A stretch of DNA of 64,000 nucleotides from NCBI GenBank assembly GCA_040954595.2, contig CM082586.2:2547124-2611123 (forward strand), written 5' to 3'. Both the position numbers and the translations under genes were made by a program. A model generated the notes under the pieces. The model was not told where the DNA came from. It searched no databases and saw nothing but the letters and a program-made list of their open reading frames with translations. This document shows positions 54,663-64,000 of this stretch, in pieces; within the stretch, counting starts at the first letter, position 1, and every line of letters begins with the position of its first letter. The DNA comes from Balanoglossus misakiensis. Its lineage: Eukaryota > Animalia > Hemichordata.

Positions 54663-55019
54663 GTATCTAGCCGTGTTTTGAACGCTTTGCTTCCAAAACT
54701 ACAGTCTAGCCTCGTGAATGCCACTGGCCAAACCTGATACCATTTGCTGGGAATTGTGAGTGAAGTCAATCACATACTTTGGTTTCCAACTATTGGACAA
54801 TGGATATGTGTAATTAAGGATGGGCTGGTAATATTGGCCCTGCCTTCACTATAATGTTACACCAAATCAAAATGGCTCAGTTTATGTGATTGACCTCATA
54901 CAGACGCTAGTTATATCACAATTCCCAGCAAGGGGTATAAGGCCTTATTGGACCAGTGGCATCCACGAGGATAGCCGTTTAAGTTTAGGAAGCAAAGCGG
55001 ACAAGACACGCCTGGATAC
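54663..55019. mobile_element. ~360-bp imperfect foldback element between the two ACS genes
   Basis: Nested inverted matches: CGCTTTGCTTCC/GGAAGCAAAGCG, CCTCGTG.ATGCCACTGG/CCAGTGGCAT.CACGAGG, TTGCTGGGAATTGTGA/TCACAATTCCCAGCAA, GTCAATCACATA/TATGTGATTGAC. Confidence 0.8.
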
Positions 55020-55670
55020 TAGACTATGGAGGTCATACAATAGTCATCGGTAACACGGCAACAAACAAAAAATCCGGGCTTCGAGGACACGTATAGTGAC
55101 GTGCTACCAGTTTCTCTACATGCATATACGTTCTAGACTACTTAAATTTACCGTCGCCTTCATGACCATCTTGATGGCTTAGGTGAGGGTATCATCAATA
55201 TTATTGTCAGAGATCACCATCCCTCGTGCAGGCTAACAATCATGATATTGCCCTCGCTAACGCCCGTTTGTTATTATTTAACTATTTCACCAAATCGTGA
55301 CCATGCACTAGCGCATTCCATTATTGATTTTAATTATGACAATAACTACTGGTATTGTCTTACCATAAGTTTGAAATAATGTGGTATTTGATATTGGTCT
55401 TTAGGGAAATAAATATATCACTGATATAAACGTTAATAACTTGTTTTGACTTGGTTGTTTTTATTTCTTGCAATTTACTGATTTCGTAAAGAGCTCCCAG
55501 CACTCTTCTCTGCTGGGGGGGGGGGGGGCAGGGAAGCCCTTGAACAACGGTTTTTCCAGTCTAGGGGCACCATACTGTGATAGAAGGACTGCGGGGGTAC
55601 ATGACGGAACTCCATGACCTCTCGGCGCGATCTGTGTGTGCAGCAAAGAAGTTAATTTAAGGGTGATGCG

Positions 55671-55811
55671 CTAGATTAAAAGATTCAGTCGTGTGCTGGC
55701 GCTCCGACGCAGTGACTACGCCCCAAACTGGTAAAAATCGGTAGTTGCAAAGCCAAACGCCACAAAGGGTCGTGACCGGTCATAGACAGACGACTGAATC
55801 GTTCAGTTTAG
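55671..55811. mobile_element. MITE-like element with GATTCAGTCGT terminal inverted repeats, copy 1
   Basis: CTAGATTAAAAGATTCAGTCGT...ACGACTGAATCGTTCAGTTTAG; same termini as 58970-59061. Confidence 0.7.
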
Positions 55812-58800
55812 CGATGCACAAGTGAAAATAACTTGTGTACTGCACAGCGTAGAGGTCATTGAGTTCAGTTATTTTTGCAACTGATTCTGCACATTTGGCG
55901 AAAACTGAAGTTTCGATCATAGCGTTTCGATTTTCAGTACAGACGGAATACGGTGACGCCGCAACATAGAGACGAAAGGTGAACTGCGCGGACTTGTGCG
56001 CATGTGTCTCTTCCCGGCGTAAAATTACATTGAGATTGCTAGGAAACTCACTTCTACTATTGTCATTTCCATGAAATTTTACACACAGTTCAGTCAAATA
56101 AAAATAAATTCCCTATGCTTTATGAATAGACCATGGTGCGTATGTCCGTGGATATATCAGCTCACTTGGCCTACACTTATTCTATCGTTCATTGTAGGGG
56201 CGTGGCGCACATCTGTCAGACAAGAGTAAAGAGATTCCTCTGAAACACTTATCCTGTCTTATAGCGAGTTAGCCTTGGCTGCCAAAATTATTTATACACT
56301 AATATGTACCTTGACATATTGCTGTACAATGCGAAGCGCGTGACGCAAATGGGTAAGCGTTATTGTCCCCTCATTGTAGTGGGTCGGTCATGTGCATACG
56401 TTATTGTTCAGCAAACACCGCCGCTTTGCGAAACTGGTAAAAACCGGTCTTGGAAAGCAAAACGCCTTGTTAATGAACACACCCGTGTCGTTTATAGTAT
56501 TTCAAATCGGAGGCTGATCGTGGCGACTACTGTCCGTCAGGCCGTGGCGAGTCGGAAGAAAATTGACGAGGACAGCACATCTTGTCCAGCAGTGTCGCCG
56601 CGATACACGTGAGTATTTTTTACAGAGCCGTTTTTTTCCCGTCGTCATGGAGATTTATAGAGATGTGTTCCGTTTTTTTTTCAGTGTGTGGCGGCGCTCG
56701 TAAGAAACCTTTTGCCCTACTTGCGTTGTATGTAACCGCCGCGCCGCTCAAAACCGGAATACTTGCGTCGAAAAATTGGGTTGGCGAAAATCAGGATTCG
56801 ATATGGACAAAAAAAATATAGGGTTGCACACAAAAAAATGTTGAAAAATAAGGCTTATAAAAAGATAACCCCGCCATATTAGATTTTCTAGGGAGGGGTT
56901 TTAGAATTTCTGGAAAAACCTACACCACCAGATGCCTGTGGCGCAATATGTAAGATTTTGACCAGTCCTCGACAAATACACACGGGTGATAACGAGTACG
57001 AGTACACATGGACATGTACCTTTATGTACTAGTATCTATTTCTCTATGTATGTATGTATGTGTGTGTGTCTGTGTGTGGGTGTGTGCCCGGATGAATGTG
57101 CGCGCGCATGTGTAAGTCGACGCAATGCCAAACTGTATCAGCCCCACCCCACCCCCACCCCTAAGCAAATTTATCCTCTGTCGAGTTAGTGAAGTTAGAG
57201 TATAGTGAACCTGTGGAGCGCTCCTTTTGGCGACTGACTATAAAATCACGTATAACCACAACAATTACCGTAAGTGCATGTTAGACATTCAAAGGATAGT
57301 GCACTATTGACATAAGAACATAATTGAGAGTTATAGTTGTAGGTTACACCTTAAAAATCGGTGGCCAGTGAAAAAAGGGGACGTGAAAAAAAAAAGTCGC
57401 CCACTTTTGGGGGATTTGATAACTAAAGATTCAGTGAAGACGCCGCAGACACCTTCCCCTCCCGAATATCAAATGGACTACGCCAATCGTAGCTCGAGGA
57501 CGGTGAATGATATAGATGCGGCCGGGTGTCCTTTCACATTCCAATCTAGTTTCATGGCCAGGTGCGAGGTAATGGGTGATCGTCCATGGTTGGTCCACGG
57601 GCCTTGGGGGAGAAACATGGTGCGCTGCTGTGACGTGTTAATTGCGAGATGTGCGATAGTTATGACAGTAGGACTTCCCTGATAAGTCATTTACAGTCTG
57701 TTGCCAAGCTTTTGACAATTGCGGTTGCATTAAGTGTTACCAACTTCCCACTTGTCACTTGGTGATTTTGTGCCTTTATAAAGATTCTTAACTATTCGGT
57801 TTTTCGACATCTCGAATTTTTTACTCCTTACTTTTCGCGTTTTCGCTTGCTTTGAGCGTAGACCCTGCAGCGACAGGGTATATGCTTTGAGCGAGTTGCG
57901 CTACCGACCTGTGGGTTTCGATTACAAAGGCTAGATTCTACGTGGCTATGGATTATACTGGTGATAAACTGGCATGATCTGGCTGTTGTGATAACAAAGG
58001 CGTTTTTGGACAAAGGACCTGGAACACGGAGATGCGCTGGGGGTCAGGGATATAGCGAGGACGCAGGATAGGGCATTCTCAGTCCGGTCACGATTGTAGC
58101 GCGTGGATACCCCATGCTGGGTTAGCTACACACTCTCTACGGGGTGGGGTGTGGGTGCGGGAGAATGGGGTAAGGGTGAACCCTTTGATATCCTAGAGGC
58201 GAAGAAAGTTAAGGGGATGATTTGTAGCGGCCAAATTAACTATAGAAAAGTCATCCACAAGGAACGGACTATCAGGCTCTCGGGAATAAAAGAGAAAATC
58301 AGAAGTGGGTGTGTTCTGTCATTTTTTCCAGCTTGCTTTTGGGCGCGACTGCATAGCAAAATGTGTTATAATTTCATCATTTGATGAAATTTTATTGTAA
58401 CATTTCTTATCTCCACATTAAAGCCTTGTAGGCATATTATTTTTACTATAATGGGCTGTTTGTCCGTTACAACTGGTTCCTTTCTCATTTGAATATCTGC
58501 CAATTTGTATGAAGCATGCGACAGTCATGTGAAACATCGATTTGTCCGTAGGGTCGAAGTTCATGAACAACACCGTATCAAATGCTTTATAATACTGGAA
58601 TTTTGTCAGCTGTCATTGGTGTTTGCTTGTCTCGCTGTTATTTTTGTCAAGCAACTTGCACTTATTTATAACCCTGACTATGCGTGTTTATGTGGCCTTT
58701 ATACATTTGATGTTTACGGCGATTTTGCAATATGTCAGGATACGATAATTGGTCATTGACCAATATATGCGCGATGAGGATCACGTGTCCCGACTCTTGA

Positions 58801-58969
58801 TGACTCCCTAACTCCGCATTTGCAACGTGTCTTCATGCTTTTTATGGATATGACGAACACTTCTCGCTATAGTGAACCAGTTATTTACAACTCGAAGAAC
58901 GAACATGTGTAAACGTGTAGTATAACGTGTGCCAAAGCACTTTATTTTCCGATGCGTGTAAATGCTGCC

Positions 58970-59061
58970 CTAGACTGAAAGATTCAGTCGTGTGCGGGCG
59001 CACTGTCTACGACCATGAAAGGCAATGCACCGTAGCGCCTGCACACGACTGAATCAATCTA
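58970..59061. mobile_element. MITE-like element with GATTCAGTCGT terminal inverted repeats, copy 2
   Basis: CTAGACTGAAAGATTCAGTCGTGTGCGGGCGC...GCGCCTGCACACGACTGAATC. Confidence 0.7.
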
Positions 59062-59252
59062 AAGCCGACGCACCTGGCAAAGTCATCTCAGCTGAATTCA
59101 AACGCAAAGCCCAGAGATTATCAATTGTAGTAAATAAACGGTGCAACTTATATAGCCGGAAAGTTTCATCATATTCTTGTAACATAATAGTCCTATAACA
59201 GATTATTAACCAATTTATTTTAAAATTGGCTTTCAGGTGACAACGTAACAAC

Positions 59253-60908
59253 ATGCTTTCCAAACCACTACCAAGTTACCTGCATGCCGCATCACCCTCT
59301 CCATTGACCGGGAAAACCTTGTGCGATTCCCTCGACCAATCAGCGAATCAGTTCCCCAATCGAGAGGCGTATGTTTTCGTCAAGAATTCCACCAAGCAGC
59401 GAGTCACGTTCAAACAACTGAGAGAAGAAGCTCTCCGTCTGGCCGCTGGTTTCGTTCACCTTGGTTTCAAGCCAGGTCAACGTGTTGGCCTCTGGTCCAG
59501 CAATTGCTACGAGTGGGTCACTTCCCTCTATGCGATGGCCTACGCCAAATTGGTTTGTATTCGTGTACGAGCTGAGTACAAGGAAGAGTACCTGGAATAC
59601 GTGATCAACAAAACCCAAACCAGCGCTTTGATCCTCGCTTCCGATGGCGACCAAGAGAGAGCCCTGCTGAATGTCTGTCCTGAGATAGCACAGGCAACCC
59701 CGAGTATCACCTCGAAACTGCCGTCTCTTCAGACCGTGATTCACCTCGGGAATGAAGACAAACCAGGCATGATACGATATGCAGACGTCCTGACGATGGG
59801 AGATAAAGAAGATTTTGAGTACGTTCAGGATTTGCGACAATCTGTTCGGCAAGATGATGAGTTGGTGATGTTGTTTACGTCCGGCAGTACAGGGTTGCCG
59901 AAGGTAGTGGTCAAATCGCATAGATGCATCCTAGAGAATGTACATGCATTAGGTCGACACCTGTCGGAATTTACCACGGGAGATGTTTGTTTTCTGTCGA
60001 TGAGCTCCTTCGCCTATGCAAGCGGCGATCGTTCCACTTTTATGGGCGTCAGTCATGGTTTCAAAACGGTTATACCAGATCCCGAGTCTGGACCAGAGTC
60101 GTGGGCAACTTTGATCTCAGAAGAAAAAGTCTCGGTCGTTTTCCTGCTGTTTAATTTCTTCTTGGACTTTCTCAACTACGCAAAGGTCCAAGAGCCTGAT
60201 TTGAGTTCTCTGAAGTACCTCATCACAGCTGGGAACTTCGTCCCCGCTGAAATTCTGGAAATGGGAAGGCGCATGATACACCCGAATATTCATACCATTT
60301 TGGGAAGTACAGAGATGGGCCTCATGACGATCAACCGTAACAGCGAGAAGTTTGAAAAGGTCGGCTATTCCTTAGATCACAACGAGGTGAAACTAATTGG
60401 CGAAGACGGCCAAGTCGTACCTCGGGGGACCACAGGAGAGCTGTGCGTAAGATCACCATACACGATGCTAAGATACGAAGGCGATGAAGACAAAACAGTG
60501 GCAGCATTAGACAAGTCCGGTTGGTTTCACACCAGCGATCTCTGCATCATGGATGAAGATGGCTGCCTTGATATCGTCGGGCGCAAGAGGGATATCATTA
60601 TTAAAGGAGCCACGAATGTCTATCCCTTTTCTGTCGATCGAGTTCTCATCAGACACCCCAAAGTCAAGCTGACGCAGACGGTGGGAGTTCCCGATGAAAG
60701 ATTTGGAGAAGAAATTTGCGCCTGCATTTGTCTGGAAGACGGAGAAGAAGCCACGATAGACGAAATTGTGCAATTCGCAAGACCCCTTCTGCCAGATATG
60801 TGCGTGCCGAAGCACGTGCTGTTTTTCGACGCGTATCCTGCCGACCCAACTGGTAAAGTCATCCGAGCTGAACTCAAACGCATGGCCCGGGAAATGATTG
60901 GGAAGTGA
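59253..60908 (+). CDS. ACSF2-like acyl-CoA synthetase / ANL-family adenylating enzyme, intronless CDS, paralogue 2
   Basis: Single 551-aa ORF, colinear with and highly similar to 51835-53490. Motifs LFTSGSTGLPK, GSTE, GELCVRSPY and PTGKV. Acceptor AG at 59235-59236, with an in-frame TGA upstream of the ATG. Confidence 0.93.
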   Translation: MLSKPLPSYLHAASPSPLTGKTLCDSLDQSANQFPNREAYVFVKNSTKQRVTFKQLREEALRLAAGFVHLGFKPGQRVGLWSSNCYEWVTSLYAMAYAKLVCIRVRAEYKEEYLEYVINKTQTSALILASDGDQERALLNVCPEIAQATPSITSKLPSLQTVIHLGNEDKPGMIRYADVLTMGDKEDFEYVQDLRQSVRQDDELVMLFTSGSTGLPKVVVKSHRCILENVHALGRHLSEFTTGDVCFLSMSSFAYASGDRSTFMGVSHGFKTVIPDPESGPESWATLISEEKVSVVFLLFNFFLDFLNYAKVQEPDLSSLKYLITAGNFVPAEILEMGRRMIHPNIHTILGSTEMGLMTINRNSEKFEKVGYSLDHNEVKLIGEDGQVVPRGTTGELCVRSPYTMLRYEGDEDKTVAALDKSGWFHTSDLCIMDEDGCLDIVGRKRDIIIKGATNVYPFSVDRVLIRHPKVKLTQTVGVPDERFGEEICACICLEDGEEATIDEIVQFARPLLPDMCVPKHVLFFDAYPADPTGKVIRAELKRMAREMIGK

Positions 60909-61589
60909 AGATTGAAGAAGAAAAAGAAGAAAGGTGTTGCCTAATTTATCCACATTCAACTAGAAACAACAGCCACGGCCTCTTCCTAAACTTACTATCG
61001 TCTCACACTGTTACAGAACTGAGGTTTATATGGACCGGTATATCTAGTTACTTATCTCTCACGGCGCCATGGTCTTTGCCCAGGGATCCAAGTGTGATGT
61101 TCGATCATTCAAACATTCTACATAGTCTTATGTTAATATTAACATATATTTACTGGTATAAAATTTGATTAAATTCACCAGAGAAAATCTTCCTCTTCTA
61201 TACTTAATCTTTAAAATGTCGAATCTGTGAATCGGTTAATAGTCGGAATGCCATGTCGATAAAATACCACCGGCGGATGCGATATCAACCTTCTGTTATT
61301 AATCTAACCACAGACCCTGCTCTTGATAATACACTCTCCCAAACATTAACGAATACAGTTCCTGTAATGAAATCGTGAAGATTGGTCAGTGTCTGTAGTT
61401 TTAAGGGGAAAAAGCTTTGTGTGAAAATAAAGGAGGAGAATGCATTTCAATCTCTTGAATGGACCGTTTCCCCAGACATGCTATGATATTCTGTTGTCTC
61501 AATAACGTGATCACTAACACATTCCATTATTGATTTTAACCATGGCAATAAATGGTATTTTCTTTACATTTGTGATGACTTGAGTTTAT

Positions 61590-64000
61590 TTGTGTCCCAT
61601 GAAAAAAGTCCAAAAACGACAAAATCATCAAAGTTGGCAAAGTCGGGAATTTCTCATTTTTTTGAGAATTTTCATGAGCTATAACCCATGATTTTTTTTC
61701 AAAAAATGAAGAAATTTTGAAAATTCGCAAAGTCGAAAAATTGTCATTTTCGGATGATTTTCATGAGCTATAACCCATGTTTTTTTCGAAAAAATGAAGA
61801 AATTTTGAAAATTCGCAAAGTCGAAAAATTGTCATTTTCGGATGATTTTCATGAGCTATAACCCATGGTTTTTTCGAAAAAATGAAGAAATTTTGAAAAT
61901 TCGCAAAGTCGAAAAATTGTCATTTTCGGATGATTTTCATGAGCTATAACCCATGGTTTTTTCGAAAAAATGAAGAAATTTTGAAAATTCGCAAAGTCGA
62001 AAAATTGTCATTTTCGGATGATTTTCATGAGCTATAACCCATGGTTTTTTCGAAAAAATGAAGAAATTTTGAAAATTCGCAAAGTCGAAAAATTGTCATT
62101 TTCGGATGATTTTCCTGAGCTATAACCCATGGTTTTTTCGAAAAAATGAAGAAATTTTGAAAATTCGCAAAGTCGAAAAATTGTCATTTTCGGATGATTT
62201 TCATGAGCTATAACCCATGGATTTTTCGAAAAAATGAAGAAATTTTGAAAATTCGCAAAGTCGAAAAATCCTCGATTTTTGAACATTTTCCTGAGCTATA
62301 ACCCATGGTTTTTTCAAAAAATGACCAAATTTTCAAAATTCGCAAAAGTCGAAAAATCCTCGATTTTTGAACATTTTCCTGAGCTATAACCCATGGTTTT
62401 TTCAAAAAATGACCAAATTTTCAAAATTCGCAAAGTCGAAAAATCCTCGATTTTTGAACATTTTCCTGAGCTATAACCCATGGTTTTTTCAAAAAATGAC
62501 CACATTTTGAAAATTCGCAAAGTCGAAAAATCCTCAATTTTTGAACATTTTCCTGAGCTATAACCCATGGTTTTTTCAAAAAATGACCAAATTTTCAAAA
62601 TTCGCAAAGTCGAAAAATCCTCGATTTTTGAACATTTTCCTGAGCTATAACCCATGGTTTTTTCAAAAAATGACCAAGTTTTGAAAATTCGCAAAGTCGA
62701 AAAATCCTCGATTTTTGAACATTTTCCTGAGCTATAACCCATGGTTTTTTCAAAAAATGACCAAGTTTTGAAAATTCGCAAAGTCGAAAAATCCTCGATT
62801 TTTGAACATTTTCCTGAGCTATAACCCATGGTTTTTTCAAAAAATGACCAAGTTTTGAAAATTCGCAAAGTCGAAAATTCCTCGATTTTTGAACATTTTC
62901 CTGAGCTATAACCCATGGTTTTTTCAAAAAATGACCAAGTTTTGAAAATTCGCAAAGTCGAAAAATCCTCGATTTTTGAACATTTTCCTGAGCTATAACC
63001 CATGGTTTTTTCAAAAAATGACCAAATTTTGAAAATTCGCAAAGTCGAAAAATCCTCGATTTTTGAACATTTTCCTGAGCTATAACCCATGTTTTTTTCA
63101 AAAAATGACCAAATTTTGAAAATTCGCAAAGTCGAAAAATCCTCGATTTTTGAACATTTTCCTGAGCTATAACCCATGGTTTTTTCAAAAAAATGACCAA
63201 ATTTTGAAAATTCGCAAAGTCGAAAAATCCTCGATTTTTGAACATTTTCCTGAGCTATAACCCATGGTTTTTTCAAAAAATGACCAAATTTTGAAAATTC
63301 GCAAAGTCGAAAAATCCTCGATTTTTGAACATTTTCCTGAGCTATAACCCATGGTTTTTTCAAAAAATGACCAAATTTTGAAAATTGGCAAAGTCGAAAA
63401 ATCCTCGATTTTTGAACATTTTCCTGAGCATATAACCCATGGTTTTTTCAAAAAATGACCAAATTTTGAAAATTGGCAAAGTCGAAAAATCCTCGATTTT
63501 TGAACATTTTCCTGAGCTATAACCCATGGTTTTTTCAAAAAATGACCAAATTTTGAAAATTCGCAAAGTCGAAAAATCCTCGATTTTTGAACATTTTCCT
63601 GAGCTATAACCCATGGTTTTTTCAAAAAATGACCAAATTTTGAAAATTCGCAAAGTCGAAAAATCCTCGATTTTTGAACATTTTCCTGAGCTATAACCCA
63701 TGGTTTTTTCAAAAAATGACCAAATTTTGAAAATTCGCAAAGTCGAAAAATCCTCGATTTTTGAACATTTTCCTGAGCTATAACCCATGGTTTTTTCAAA
63801 AAATGACCAAATTTTGAAAATTCGCAAAGTCGAAAAATCCTCGATTTTTGAACATTTTCCTGAGCTATAACCCATGTTTTTTTCAAAAAATGACCAAATT
63901 TTGAAAATTCCCAAAGTCGAAAAATCCTCGATTTTTGAACATTTTCCTGAGCTATAACCCATGGTTTTTTCAAAAAATGACCAAATTTTGAAAATTCGCA
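61590..64000. repeat. Tandem satellite with 88-bp (type A) and 87-bp (type B) units, about 27 copies, truncated by the window end
   Basis: GAGCTATAACCCATG recurs at 61676, 61765, 61853, 61941, 62029, 62117, 62205, 62293, 62381 and 62468, then about every 87 bp. The left edge (61590-61675) is degenerate. Confidence 0.98.

Noticed and set aside
51835-60908. Calling the ACS pair luciferases or NRPS modules
   Set aside because: Overall motifs are closest to ACSF2-type ligases, there is no PTS1 tail, and no carrier or condensation domains are nearby. Nothing in the sequence supports light emission.
62032-63973. Long repetitive ORFs (349, 262, 216 and 200 aa) on the - strand
   Set aside because: They arise because the 87-bp satellite unit is a multiple of 3 (29-aa period), and frames switch at single-base indels. 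Not genes.
61590-64000. Possible CRISPR array
   Set aside because: Units are contiguous with no unique spacers, there are no cas genes, and the context is eukaryotic.

Overview
Intron-rich metazoan (invertebrate, by inference) genomic DNA, not prokaryotic. The first 33.4 kb holds six tightly packed spliced genes: a laccase-type multicopper oxidase with a probable GPI tail (+), NUP42/NUPL2 (-) head-to-head with MCM3AP/GANP (+), a small two-death-domain adaptor (-), and TUBGCP5 (-) head-to-head with RPS8 (+). The last RPS8 intron carries a SNORD46 (U46/U40)-type C/D snoRNA. About 9 kb of non-coding DNA follows, with two identical perfect DR4 nuclear-receptor elements and a 56-bp perfect palindrome. 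Next come a ~920-aa Thr-rich type I membrane mucin ending in a PDZ-binding motif and two tandem ACSF2-like adenylating enzymes with intronless CDSs and altered CoA-half-reaction motifs. An 87/88-bp A-tract satellite runs off the right end. Several MITE-like and foldback elements lie in introns and spacers. Exon structures were assembled by hand from GT-AG sites and reading-frame continuity; homology calls rest on remembered motifs, not database searches.
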